From Eledone cirrhosa (Eukaryota): a stretch of 64,000 nt of DNA. The notes beneath the pieces are model-generated. The model saw nothing but the letters and a program-made list of their open reading frames with translations, searched no databases and was not told where the DNA came from. Of this stretch, positions 13,023 to 27,717 are shown piece after piece. Position 1 is the first letter of the stretch, and each line of letters starts with the position of its first letter. The stretch is taken from positions 6,076,001-6,140,000 of the forward strand of contig OZ024756.1 of the NCBI GenBank assembly GCA_964016885.1. The letters run 5' to 3'. The position numbers were made by a program, and so were the translations under genes.

Positions 13023-14879
13023 CATTAATCTATTTACTATTTTTGTGAAAGGAATATAAAACAATAATATAATGTAAAAATTGCAGGTTGATACAATAAT
13101 TGAAAATATCTTGAAACACAAGAGATTGCGTCTAGGATGGTTGGCACCACATTCTGCGTTCTAAAACCTCATTTCTTAACTGATGCCCTACAAAATGTAG
13201 TTGATATCTTGTAGATACTAAAGCTGATTCATTGTTCTGATGGAAAGATTACTTTCAGTACGCGTGATGTGACAATCTGATAAATTTCAAGGACGTAACT
13301 ACTGAACAATTTATGACAAAAGTTAATACTAAAAAATCTTCTAGGTACAAGCGAACTGAACCCGTGAATTGGTAGCGTTTGTATCAGGTTTGAAAATTAA
13401 ATTCTATAAAAAGACATTTTAAATATATCTAAGTTTATCATAGAACGTCATTGAAATGTTTCTTGAGCCCGGCCGACTAAATGGCGACTTTATTATCCCG
13501 TGAGGCGCCCTGAAAGAGCCAATTCACTCCCTGGGGCTTGTTCTTGCGTATTGCCGTCTCAATTCAGATTTAAATGAGTAGAGAGCTTTGTCGAGATCCA
13601 ATAACTATACACTCATATATACGTGCGCATGTTGAGATAATTGTGTGTGTATCTGTATGTATATATATATAGATCAGTTCCTGCCCATATATATTCAGAT
13701 TTCATTCTATGCAAAAAACGTCCGCTATTAAAATATGAGGGCCCAATACTAATTTGAATTGACTACAACTAATTTTAAATCTGAAATACCAAAGTAACGG
13801 TATTTCTGTATTGTAGGTCTCATACAACATGGGGTGATTATATTATGGCCGATATTTAAACGGGGAAGGAAGGTATATAGAGAGGCAAGTTGCTTGATGT
13901 TTACGTTTTAGTCCGAATAGGAAAGGTATCCCTATATAACCATCCCGACCCAACTGTCCCACCACTAACACCACTAGCTCCACTACCACCACCATCGTGT
14001 ATCCAAGACTGGTGAATGGAGTGTGGTTGTTAGCCCGAGAGCTCACAAGAAAGTGGACTCGTCTAGAGACATCTACACCCAGAGCAGTTGGTTTGTTTTA
14101 CAGGTGTAAATATATATCCGTCCTTTTGTACCGTTACCTATTCATCTCAAAACCATCCGAGTGGCATGCTACCAAATATATTATTGTTTCTAACTTTGGC
14201 TTAAGACCAACAATATTTTTATCGACCTCAATACTTAGCTGATATTAATTTATAGACAATGGAAGCATGAAAACTAAAGTTAACCTCGATGGTATTCGAA
14301 CCCAGAACGTAAGAACGTAATGAAACGGAACATATTCTACTAAGAATTCATCCAACGATGTAACTCTTTAGAAACTTGGTTACTATGATTACCAATTATC
14401 GTTAGAATAAATTGAATTGAAGCTAGAGATCAATTCGAATATGTTAGAATAGTTATCACAAGCAGACTTGGGTTGAATACAACCAATAAATCAATAAAAC
14501 TGACCTTATGTTCTTCATTTACCAAAGAATATATCGATATAAAAGGATTTTATTAGGAAGAAGAACATTGAGTGTATAGAGCAAAACAGCAGTTTGCTAA
14601 ATAAACAGTTTACAGGAAATATAATTGAGATATAATGTGCAAATATATTTGATTCGATACAATCGATTTAACAAAGTCGTTAGAAGATCGAATAAAACCT
14701 ATTGCAATATTCTGGCTGCAATAGCTTTACTTTCAAATACCACCGAGACTTATTTTGCCTTTCATCCTTCCTAGGTCGATAAAGAAAGTTCTAGTTTAAT
14801 GATGTTCCAAGCCACACTTTATTTTTCAATATCACATTCTATGTGTTCAGCTGTATCAAGTTTTCGAATTGGAATGATA

Positions 14880-17316
14880 ATTATAATGGTTTCTACTGTT
14901 GGTACAAAGCCAGCAATTACCAGTGCATTACTGGTACTTTATTTTATCGACCCCGTAAGGATGAAAGGCAAAGTTAACGTCGGCGGGATTTAAACTCAGA
15001 CCATAAAGGACCGTAACTCTTTGATGCAAAGCATGGCGTCCGACCCTCTACCGATAAGGTTAATCCTCCGCCCTAATGGTTTCTTTATAGGCCACAATGG
15101 CTAACATGAAGAAAAGCATTACAGATGGCACTGAATGATATAGGACGATACAAAGTAGGTTTTGGTCGTGTAAAAAACTCATAACATACATATATATATA
15201 ATTGTTTCTACTTTTGGCACAAGGCCAGCAGTTATCCCAATGCATTACTGGTACTTTATTTTATCGAGTCTATAAGGATGAAAGGTAAATTAACCTCGAC
15301 GGGATTTGAACTCAGATCATAAAGGAACTTAACTATGTGCAAAGCATGGTGTCCGACCCTCTACCGATACTGCCAATCCACCGCCTTATAATAATAACAT
15401 ATAAACCGGAATGTCATGAAATACTATTTTATTCTTTTACTAATTTTCGGTCATTGAACTGTGGCCATGCTGGAGGATCACTGGAAAGCTATTACTTTCA
15501 CAATAACATATCGATCGAGGCTCTTTCGTCGATTTCAATTTATCAAATGGCTAAGTGGCATTTTTGACTAGAAGGGCAGCAAGTCAATACACGGTTCTAC
15601 ATGGGTATATATAAACACAGATTCAATACACTCTTTTACTCTTTCATGTATTCCAGTTGGCTGGTTAAGGCCATGCTGGGGCACATCCATTTAAAATTAT
15701 GTCTCCGGCGATATAGAATAAATGACTTCGTGAGTCATAAAACTGAACCAATGTGGTAGAAATACATAAAGGCTAAAGGCTGATAAATAAAACAATGTCA
15801 TGTTTTTACCCAGTATATTTCAATCTAATATTTCAGGGTTAAACCCTCTTTTCAAATGCAGGAACAAAGGCAGAAACTGTGCTAAATAAAATGAATGATC
15901 GATACGTTCTTTCCGAACTGGCCGTTATATATTTTTACAGCATTCTACCGGCTTCCTGAAACTGACCAGTCATTTATTACATATCTCACTGTCTTTCCTA
16001 TAAACTATACCAATTTAGAGTATAGACTGGTTACAGGGTTTAATTTCTAATAATTTTTCTGTTTTAGGCTCAAGGCATGTAATTTGAAAGGGAGGGGAAT
16101 GTCGATTAAATCGATCTCAGTGCATTACTGGTGCTTTATTTATCGACCCCCTTATAATGGTTTCTTTCGAGGAAATGGAAAGTCAATTAAATCTACCCCA
16201 GTGTGTGACTGGTACTTTATTTTATCGATCCCGTAATGATGAAAGGCAAAGCTAACATCGGCGGGATTTGAACTCAGAACGTAGAGGGCTGTAAATCTAA
16301 TAATTGTTTCTACTTTTGGCACAAGGCCAGTAAATATCCCAGTGTATTACTGGTACTTTATTTTATCGAGTCTATAAGGATGAAAGGCAAAATTAACCTC
16401 GACGGGATTTGAACTCAGATTGGAAAGGGCCGTAACTCTATGCATCAAAGCATGGCGTCCGACCCTCTACCGATACTGCCAATCCACTTCTAATAATTGT
16501 TTCTACTTTAGGCAGAAGGCCAGCAAATACCCAGTGCATTACTGGTACTGCACTGAGTAATTGCTGACCTTGTGCCTAAAGTAGAAACAATCCGCTTCTA
16601 ATAATTGTTTCTACTTTCGACACAAGGCCAGCAATTACCCAGTACATTACTGGTACTTTATTTTATCGACCTCGTAAGGATGCAAGGCAAAGTTAACCTT
16701 GGCGGGATTTGAACTCAGTTCGTAAAGAGACGTAACTATGCTGGAAAGCATGTCCAACCCTCTACCAACTCTGCCAATCCACCGCCCTTCTAATAATGAT
16801 TTCCGGAATCTATACAACTGTATAACAGTTTATTAAGTGTAACTTAACATAATTTCAAATTTATGCTCTGTTAACCTGGCTTAACATAGGTTCAGATTTC
16901 CGCTCTGTTAACATGGCTTCCACACTCTGAAGCATTAACACTGCAGTAACTCAGCCATTCTTACGTTCCCATAATTGTTTCAATGCTTATAAAACTGGTA
17001 GCAGGTAGGGAGTAAGCTACCCTCAAATGTGAAATTTACCTTCGTACTTTCTCTAACTGACTGGTACCGCATTTACAAGATATTCTACCTACCTTTTTAG
17101 TTTCTGTACATACATACATATATATTTGTTTCTACTTTTAGCACAAGGCCAGCAATTATCCCAGTGTATTGCTGGTACTTTATATTTTATCGGTCCCGTA
17201 AGGATGAAAGGGAAAGTTACCCTCGGCGGGGTTTGAACTCAGACCATAAAGGGCTGTAACTCTTTGCTGCAAAGCATGGCGACCGACCCTCTACCGATGC
17301 TGCCAATCCACCGCCC
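14880..17316 (-). mobile_element. Cluster of ~190-bp tRNA-derived SINEs (at least 6 copies, partly head-to-tail)
   Basis: Copies ~14880-15072, 15200-15387, 16200-16290, 16298-16490, 16597-16790 and 17126-17316; minus-strand A-box TGGCAGTATCGG, B-box GAGTTCAAATC, core gcctttcatccttacggggtcgataaaataaagtaccag. Confidence 0.85.
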
Positions 17317-17350
17317 TGCACACACACGCACACACACACACACACACACA

Positions 17351-17440
<90 letters not shown>

Positions 17441-17444
17441 TATA

Positions 17445-17580
17445 GGAACAAGTAAGGCCCCGACGGCTGAGCTCAAGCCGTTTAGGGGTCTTACATGTTC
17501 CTATTACCCACTCTACTACCCTAAGTATTGAGTACTTTGGTGCGTTATGGTCCACCTGGTTCCTTACCATATTTCCTTCG

Positions 17581-17582
<2 letters not shown>
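17445..17582. mobile_element. (TA)n-inserted fold-back element, family L
   Basis: Shared with 48383-48470, 48622-48842, 54211-54425, 56559-56724 and diverged 26954-27060; hairpin gacggctgagctcaagccgtt. Confidence 0.75.
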
Positions 17583-17639
<57 letters not shown>

Positions 17640-17734
17640 CAATAATAATAAAGATACTATTTATAGTTATGTATATACTATACTATAAATAAATATAAAC
17701 AGGAAAGGTCAGTAATTATATGTACAAACATTGA

Positions 17735-17788
17735 TAATGCTCCGATGACTCCAAACTGAAGATTGGAAGAAACAATTGTCAGCAATTA
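17735..17788 (+). ncRNA. Hammerhead with CCGATGA core (diverged family G)
   Basis: taatgct-CCGATGA-ctccaa(actgaaga)ttggaa-GAAA-caattg-TC-agcaatta. Confidence 0.7.
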
Positions 17789-18977
17789 AATGATTTGAAC
17801 ATAACTTTGATACTTGTGTAATTTATATATATATATATGTATCTATATATATATAATGTTTCAAATTGACCCAAACTTCTGACTGAAATTGGATAGACGT
17901 GGATTATGTAGAAGCCTTTCAAATGGACTCACCGTGTACCTCAATGTTGTAAGACTAAGTACCTCGCTGAGTTTCTGTCAAATTCTGAGCTAGTTGTATG
18001 GTAATTTCATGAGCAAGTTGTTCCGTTGATCAACCAATTAGAACATTTATTGCAAATGAGAGGGAGATCCGTTTCATCAATATAACAATAAAAAACATCT
18101 ACATTATTTGAGCCTTCCATTTCTCTCTCCTATCTTTCTCACTCACCCACTCTCTCTATCTATCTATCTCTCACTGTAACCCTCCATAATTAAAAAAAGA
18201 ACAAGACTATTTGAGGCTTCTCTCCCAATCTTTCTCTCTCCCTATCTATCTATCAATCTATCTCCCACTCACTCTCTTTCTCACTCTTTCTCCCTCTTTC
18301 TCTTTTTCTCTCTGTATTTAAAAAGGAAACAAGATTCTGTGAGAATTCCATGTCTCTCTCCCAAGTCCTCTCTCTTCCCCCTGTCTCTCTATCCCCCACC
18401 ATCTCTCTCTCTCTTTCTAACGATAACCCTCCACAAATAAAAAGAATAAGATACTCTGAGCCTTTCAATGTCTCTCTCCCTACGCTCATTCTTTCTCTCT
18501 TCCTCTCTCTCTCTCTATCTCCCCTCCCTCTCTCTCTCATCCTCCATAATTAAAGAAAACCATTATTTCCGTAACATTAAAGAATTCCTTGAGATTGATT
18601 TAAATGTAATTCTCTTAATGATCTAATTCGGAAACAAAAGAAAAATATGTTAATTTTTCAGTAAAATTTAAAAATACAAAAAATAGAGAAGATTAAATCT
18701 AAGAATGTTGAAGAAATCGCTGGAGGAAGTCACTGGGATATATTAGCATGGCTGAGCCAGAAAACTGATGCCTTCAAGCATTACTAAAACAAAATTGAAT
18801 ATGTTTGCATGTCGTTTTGTTACGTTGTTGAACCACACAGTCATATACATATATATACATACACTCACATATATATATACATATATATACATACACTCAT
18901 ATATTTATATACATATATATACATACACTCATATATTTATATACATATATATACATACACTCACACATATATATATA

Positions 18978-19026
<49 letters not shown>

Positions 19027-19715
19027 CACTCATATATATGTATATATACATATATATACATACACTCACATATATATATATACATATATATACATACACT
19101 CACATATATATATACATATATATACATACACTCATATATTTATATACATATATATACATACACTCATATATTTATATACATATATATACATACACTCACA
19201 TATATATATACATATATATACATACACTCACATATATATATATATATATTATATATATATATATACATACACTCATATATATATACACTCATATTTATAT
19301 ATATATATACGAACACATATATATATACACACAGGCGCACACACACGAACACATACACGCACATACAGCCACAGACCCTCAGCCACGCACATTCTTTCTT
19401 TCTCTTTTCTCTCTCTCTCTTTCTTACCTCTCTCATACTTCCTTACCTCTCCCACTCTCTTACCTCTCCCTTTAGACACTCTCACTCTTTCTTACCTCTC
19501 TCTCTACTCTCTCACAGTCTCTTACTTCTCTCACACTCTTTCACTTACCTCTCTCACCCCTCACACTCTCTCACTCTCTTGCCTCTCTCCCTCTATGTAT
19601 CTCACCCCTCTTATCCTCTCCCTTCTCTCTCTACTTCTCATAGTACTAATCTCTATCATCTACTTCTCTCTCTCTCTCCCTCTCTCCCTCTCTCCCTCTC
19701 TCCCTCTCTATCTCT

Positions 19716-20055
19716 CTACTCTACTTCTCTCTCCCTCTCTCTACTCTACTTCTCTCTCCCTCTCTCTACTCTACTTCTCTCTCCCTCTCTCTACTCTACT
19801 TCTCTCTCCCTCTCTCTACTCTACTTCTCTCTCCCTCTCTCTACTCTACTTCTCTCTCCCTCTCTCTACTCTACTTCTCTCTCCCTCTCTCTACTCTACT
19901 TCTCTCTCCCTCTCTCTACTCTACTTCTCTCTCCCTCTCTCTACTCTACTTCTCTCTCCCTCTCTCTACTCTACTTCTCTCTCCCTCTCTCTACTCTACT
20001 TCTCTCTCCCTCTCTCTATTCTACTTCTCTCTCCCTCTCTCTATTCTACTTCTCT
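19716..20055 (+). repeat. 25-bp pyrimidine-rich minisatellite
   Basis: Unit ctactctacttctctctccctctct (starts 19741, 19766, 19791...), about 13 copies. Confidence 0.9.
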
Positions 20056-20632
20056 CTCCTTCTCTCTCTCTCTCTCTCCGTTCCACTGATTTGGCGGAAA
20101 TTAATAACTTCCGTTAATTGTGAATCTACACTCTCTTGTCTAAAAGACGTTTTACCTGAAGATAAATACCGAACAAATTTAGAGAAACAGACAAAAAAAC
20201 AGTGTGAATGTCAGTATATATGTGTGTGTGAGTGTGTATGTGTGTGTGTGTGTCAGTATATATGGCTGTGTCTGTCTGTGCGTGTATATGTTTGTGTGTC
20301 TGTGTATGTATGTGTGTGGGTGTGTGGGTGTGTTTGTGTGTGTGTGTGTCTGTGTAATATATGTGTTTGTATCTACGTGTGTATGTTTGTGTGTGTATGA
20401 ATGTGTGTATATCTATGAGTGTGTGTGTGTGTATATGTGTGTATGTGTGCATGAAATAGAGAGGAATAAATAATAAGAAACAGGAAAAAGAGAAGATGCC
20501 AAGATGCCGTGGAAGATGAGGGGGGGGGGTGTTATAAAATCGATGTGAAAATGAAAACTGAAAAGAAGAATTGAAAAAAATATCAGATGTTATTGGAAAT
20601 TTATAGAAAAATAAGGGAACACGGAAGGACGG

Positions 20633-20684
<52 letters not shown>

Positions 20685-20824
20685 TATGCAACTTAGTACT
20701 TAATATATTTTTTCAATTTCTCATTTGCTATCAAGACGGTGAAAGCTTAACCACAGGACCGAATATATATAACCATATATATATACATATATACGTATAT
20801 ATATATATATATATATATATATAC

Positions 20825-20876
<52 letters not shown>

Positions 20877-21016
20877 GATAACAACATATCGGTATATGTA
20901 ATCCAATTAGAGCTTGTAAATACTTCTTATTATGGATAGTTTTAGCATACGGTGTTGCGTGAGTCAACAAAGTGGAGAGTAACATGGTCAACAGTACAAA
21001 AAAGGGGATTTATTTG

Positions 21017-21103
21017 CAGTCTAACAATTGTTTCACTGAACACTAAAAACAGTGCCAGTCAATTTTAAACACGATGTTAACTCTATTCGATCATCAGAAA
21101 CTG
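21017..21103 (-). ncRNA. Hammerhead in PLE pseudo-LTR with expanded stem II region
   Basis: cagttt-CTGATGA-56 nt-GAAA-caattg-TT-agactg. Confidence 0.65.
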
Positions 21104-21776
21104 TTAAAAAAATATATATGTAACCGGCAAATTTACAAATTCAAATTACATCATCAATAATAATATTAATAATAAAGATATAGAGAGAAAAGGAGGAAGA
21201 ACAGGAGATAGATACAGTAAAGAAAGAAAGGAAAGGAAGGAGAAAGAAGAAGAAAAGGGGAAATTATTATAGATAGAAATATAAAGAGAGGAAGATATAT
21301 AGATGAGAGACAAACATAGGTAAGAATAAGGTAGGATAGAGAGAAGAGGAGAAAATAATAGAGTGACAAATAGATGAATAAACATCAATTCATGAATAAA
21401 TGTAAATAAAAATAAAAATAGATATATAAAAATATATGAAAAAAATGGTGAACATATGATAATGTTAAATATAGTTATGTGTGTATTGGTTATTTTAATA
21501 AATAAATAAACTAATTAGTTATAAGTTATATTATATGATAAAATAAAATGACAGAGATAAAATAAATTCAGGGAGAGATATATTAAGATAAAGAGTGAAA
21601 AATAGAGATATATATAATAAGAATGTAAATATAAGAGGTTTTGATCTTGTTCTTTGATAGATGATGACAATTATAATTATAATTATAATTATAATGATGA
21701 TGATGATAATGTTGATAATGTTATATCATAATAGATCCAAATGGTATAATCTGGGTTATGGAATAGATAGATGGAA

Positions 21777-22269
21777 TTAAGCTGGTCTAAATCTCTCAAA
21801 TTTAGTCGCCGATTTATGTCGACAAAAAATGTTTTTTTCAATTTTACTGTTAAGAAGAATTTTGTTGTAATTTAAAATTTGGAAAAGTTCCATATTACAA
21901 TGACTACAGTGGGACATACCAATTTGATAGGCCTTTACTTGTGATAGCTTTGTCCAGTTGATTTTATATTCCATGTTTGCATCTTTAAGTTGCCAGCTTT
22001 TATTGGCGAGAGTCGTTGTCTTTGAGAGATTCCTGTTAGTCATAGAGAGTCTATGTACATACAACCTTTTCTTACACTCCCCAGCTGTGGAACCAATGAT
22101 AATGCCATGGTAAGCTACCTGAATGTATAGTACATAGGTATACTATATTTGTCTCTAGTCATCTGTTTTGTAAAGGGCATTTGTCATGTAGATGGCAGTT
22201 ACGTTTAGATGCTTTTCTATGCGCCGCTTCTTCTAATATGCTTTTGTAGGCAATTTTAGACAACTCTAT
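21777..22269 (-). pseudogene. GIY-YIG endonuclease remnant of a Penelope-like element
   Basis: RNCHLHDKCPLQNR*LETNIVY..(frameshift)..IGSTAGECKKRLYVH..WQLK..YKINW..CSHCNME..LLNSKIE..CRHK; one TGA and one frameshift. Confidence 0.85.
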
Positions 22270-22388
22270 CAGTGAAACAATTGTTAGTCTGCAAATAAAT
22301 CCACTTTTTTGTACTGTTGACCATGTTATTCTGAACTTTTTCAATTATATATATATATACATATACATACATATATATATATATACAT

Positions 22389-22483
<95 letters not shown>

Positions 22484-23000
22484 TTTATATATATATATGT
22501 ATACATATATATATACACACATATATATACATATATATACATACATACATACATACCTATAAATATATACATATATATATATATATACATACATATATAT
22601 ATACATATATATACATATACATACATATATATACATATATATACATACATACATATATATACATATATAAACAGACATAAATACATATATATACATATAT
22701 ATACATACATGCATATATATATATATATATATATATATAGATACATACATATATATATATATATATATACATGTATATATGTATGTACATGTATATATGT
22801 ATGTATGTATATATTTATATATATATATGTATATATATATGTATGTACATATAGATATGCATACATATATACCTACATATATAAATACATATATATATAT
22901 ATATATACATACATATATACATATATATACATATATAAATACATATATATATATATATATATATATACATACATATATACATACATATATATATATATAT

Positions 23001-23047
<47 letters not shown>

Positions 23048-23081
23048 CATATATACATACATATATATATATATATATACA

Positions 23082-23171
<90 letters not shown>

Positions 23172-23737
23172 CATATGTATATATACATACATATATACGT
23201 ACATATATACATACATATATATATATATATACATATATATAAATATATACATACATACATATATATATATACATACATATATACATGAACATCCTTACAT
23301 ACACATACATATATATATACATATACATACAGACATATGTATATATATACATATACATACATATATACGTATATATATATATATGCATATACATACATAT
23401 GCATATATACATATACATACATATATATATATAATATATATACATATATATACATATACATATATATATATATAATATATATACATATATATACATATAC
23501 ATATATATACATATATATACATACGGTATACATATGTATATATATACATATGCATACACATATATATATATATACATATGCATACATATATATATACATA
23601 TGCATACATATATATATACATATACATATATAAATATACATATATATATATATATACATATATAAATATACATATATAAATATACATATACATATATATA
23701 AACATATATAAATATACATATATATATACATATATAA

Positions 23738-23800
<63 letters not shown>

Positions 23801-24061
23801 TATAATATAGTGTATGTGTTTTTATACCGATTGATGGAGAGATAGAAAGCTAGACAGATGAGGATATGGAAATAAATAAAACACCAATGTACTTCATGTG
23901 AGAGAATTACAGAAGACTTCGTTCCGTAAGATCCGCCATCTTAATAAATCATATTGACACTTATACTATACCTTCTTCGCTCTAAACCGTTTTTAATGTT
24001 TCTTTCAACAGATAAACCCAGGATTGACTAATATAGCCAAATATACATATCTATATATATA

Positions 24062-24392
24062 TGGTGGCTGCCAACTCGTTTTCGAGTACGGCCACTACAT
24101 TATATCGATGTAGGAGAACCCCTACCGATGCGCTGAACGAGTGTGACTTTTTTGTCCAGCCAGCGACTTGAAAACTCTGGTACAAACACTACACTTGTGA
24201 CCATTATTGACACATAGTGCAGGGCCCATGGTACCATGTGACGACAAGTGCAGAGAGATCTCCAGATATAAGGCAATGCCTGTGCCGTGAAGCTTTTATA
24301 GTGAGCAAAGGCACTGCACAAAGCCAGTCCCACTCTCTTAACCAAGATGATATTTACCAAAAAGAAGAACAAGACAATCTCATTGGATACCA
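24062..24392 (-). mobile_element. RTE-derived non-autonomous element, 5'-truncated
   Basis: Matches the 3' part of 44781-45399. Confidence 0.8.
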
Positions 24393-24479
24393 TATGTATA
24401 TATATATATATATATATATACCATATATATACATGGTGGCTGCCAACTCGTTTACGGCCACTACTTTATATAGTAATAT

Positions 24480-24995
24480 TTTATAGTACTATTTTATAGT
24501 ACTAGTTTATAGTACTAGTTTTTACTCCTAGTTCATAGTACTAGTTTATTGTACTAATTCTTAGTACTAATTTACAATACTAGTTTATAGTACTAGTTCA
24601 GAATACTAGTTTATAATAATAGTTTCTAGAACTAGTTTATAGTAGTAATTTTAGTCCTAGTTTATAGTACTAGTTCATAGTACTAGTTTATAGTACTAGT
24701 TTATAGTACTAGTTTATAGTAGTATTTTTTAGTCCTAGTTTATAGTACTAGTTCATAGTACTAGTTTATAGTACTAGTTTATAGAAGTAATTTTTAGTCC
24801 TAGTTTAGAGTACTAGTTCATAGTACTAGTTAATAGTACTAGTTTATAGTACTAATTTATAGTAGTAATTTATTGTACTATTTCATAGCACTAGTTCATC
24901 GTACTAATTTATAGCACTAGTTTATAGTACTAGTTTATAGTAGTAATTTATAGTACTAGTTTATAATACTAAGTAATCATACTAATTTATACTAC
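24480..24995. repeat. 13-bp minisatellite (tagtactagttta)
   Basis: Direct reading; rich in short palindromes (agtact, actagt). Confidence 0.85.
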
Positions 24996-26907
24996 TAATA
25001 AATGGTGCTATATAAAAATAGTACCTGGTTTACACAGTAGTTCTATTTAATCTGATAACACATGTGATCTGATAGAGCCCCGAACATGGTTTAAGCCCGA
25101 ATTATTTATAAACTTCAACTTTTCCTTTAAACTTATCCTCATCTCTTTGTCTATCATTTCGTCTTTATCTCATTCTATCTTCCAATCGATAGATCAATGG
25201 TTGTTGTTATTGTTGTTTATCTTCAGCTAAGCAACGATTGGTCAGTCGTATATTGTAGGTCATTCTAGCAATGATAACCTTATGTCGTATTCAGTATTAT
25301 ATTAGCAATGTCCCCCATTTTTCTTGTATCTACTTTTAAGGATTTCCGGCTGGGTCTTCTAAAACTTTATAAACCATTTACCGTCTTATATATGCAAAAG
25401 ACACATTAGATAATAATATAGTTCCACGAACCTATAACACATGATGATGGCTGCCCCCTCGTCATCGAGTATGGCACGATATAGCATTATTAATAATTAT
25501 TAATTAATTCTATCGTGCAATGCCTGTGCGTGAAGATATTTATTTAAAGTGAAGAAAGACTGTGCACTGAGCCAATCCCACTCTCTGAGCGACAGTAGCT
25601 ATAACCCGAAAAGAAGAAAAGATCAACATCATCGGTAACTACTGAGCCGCAGGTTTTATATCGGAGTTATCCCAGTTTCCTGAGTTGCCTTCTAGAAGAA
25701 TGCCCTGACAAAGGCTATGGCTCCTTTACTTCCAGTGGTTTAACCGCGCGATCGGGTGTCCAGCCCGACTATTTCTATGTCCCCTCGCATATACATACAA
25801 AATGCACCCATGTATATACACATATACATACATATGTGTATATATACATATTTACACACTGTCGGATGGCCGTTGACTCTTATGAGTTCTTCCGCCCTAC
25901 ATACATACGCATATACTTACATACATTCATACATATACACACATATATATACATACATACATACGTGTATACATACATACATACATACAATCACAGATAC
26001 ATACGCACATATATACATACATACACACATACATACATACACAACTAAGACTATATATAGTATTGTTTTCTAGACAAATCTTATATATAGTCAGAGCTAA
26101 AGCTGCCTGTTCTGCTGGAAGAACCATTCATGTTTAAACTCTGTGTCATATCACACCTACAATATTAATACATGCAATCAAAATTTCGTTTTCTTTCACT
26201 GATTTCATTTTGGAAAGAAAATATAAAGACAAAAGAATGTTTGTATGTATTGATTCTAACTTTTGGTATATTTTGCAGTATTTCCCTTCCAAATATATTA
26301 TTACTATCATTATTATTATTTAGCTGGTGTTTATTGGAGTAGAATTTCATTCCTGTAAGCAAGCGACTTATCAGGCGAATGCCAAGCCAAGTGTTTAGAT
26401 TTGAATCTAGGTATTAATAAAATTGATTCTTTTCTATTATATTTAATCGGCCGACTGGAATGGGTCCTAATACAGTACATTTTGCTTTCTATTACTTTCA
26501 TTAACTTCTCTTCTTCCTGCTCTAATAATACTGTTTCTACGCACACACGCACATACGCACACAAATACACACACACACGCACAGAAACACACAGAAACAC
26601 ACTCTCTCTCACACACACACACACAGACACACACACATTCGCTATATCTCTCTTTTGCTCTCATAATCATGTTTCTTCTTCTCTAAACTGTACACCAGCC
26701 ACCCTCCTTTATTTATTTACCCATATATATATAGAAAACAAAGAATAGAAATACACAAACGCACTACGAATAACAACGAAACGAGGTAAGAGACAATATC
26801 ACACGCACTTTTATATATATATTGACGTCTTCGAAATACGTATAAACAGAGGATGTATATTTAAAACCGTCTCTCTTTTTTTACAATATCGTCACTCCAA
26901 AGGGAAG

Positions 26908-26952
<45 letters not shown>

Positions 26953-27306
26953 GTTGTCGAAATGGCCGGAACTCAGTAGTCAGGGTCCTGAATATTTTCG
27001 TATTACCCATTCTACTACGCAAGTATTGGGGACTCCGGTGGGCTATGGTCCACCATATCGGATATATATATATAAATCCGCATGGTTTATCTATTTGTTT
27101 GTGATTTGTAACCACGGTAAAGGCCGTGTAGTAGGTACAGTGAATTTTTAAAAATGTACTTTAAAATCTTTACTTTATATGCTTTCCCTTGATTTTATAA
27201 ATTCTGGCTTGTTAATTTATTAACTTGCCATTGAACCACACTGGCATATGGTCGGACTATACTTGTATCCCTGTGTGTATTAATTACACGTAGGAACACA
27301 TACTTT

Positions 27307-27377
<71 letters not shown>

Positions 27378-27409
27378 AAGTCTGAAGTCTGTCTTAAACT
27401 GGAAGGCTC

Positions 27410-27655
27410 CTTTGACCGGTGCTTATCCCGGTTTAATGGCGTGAAGCGACTGAGCCTACAAAATGTTACCCTGGACAGGACGCTAGTCCATCGAAGGGTT
27501 AAACTTCCCCTTATTGTTGGTACTCATTTTCAGCTGAGCATACTGGAGCAACGTGAAATGAAGTGTTTTGCTCAAGAACACAATACACAACCCAGGAATC
27601 GAACACATGACATTATGATCTTAAGTCCAAGACCCTTATCACTAGGCCACGTGCC
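27410..27655 (-). mobile_element. Second tRNA-derived SINE family
   Basis: ctggagcaacgtgaaatgaagtg..gctcaag..ggaatcgaac (minus-strand B-box GTTCGATTCC); also ~34440-34680 and 63935-64000. Confidence 0.7.
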
Positions 27656-27656
27656 T

Positions 27657-27717
<61 letters not shown>

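Larger units (their letters stand above)
20875..22345 (-). mobile_element. 5'-truncated Penelope-like retroelement with inverted pseudo-LTR
   Basis: Minus-strand order: inverted pLTR piece (22270-22331 = reverse complement of 20976-21038), GIY-YIG remnant, low-complexity spacer, pLTR with hammerhead; (TA)n on both sides. Confidence 0.85.

Noticed and set aside
22345-23797. Long YI/IY, HT, CV and LS-rich ORFs here and throughout the track
   Set aside because: Translations of (TA)n, (CA)n, (TG)n and (CT)n microsatellites
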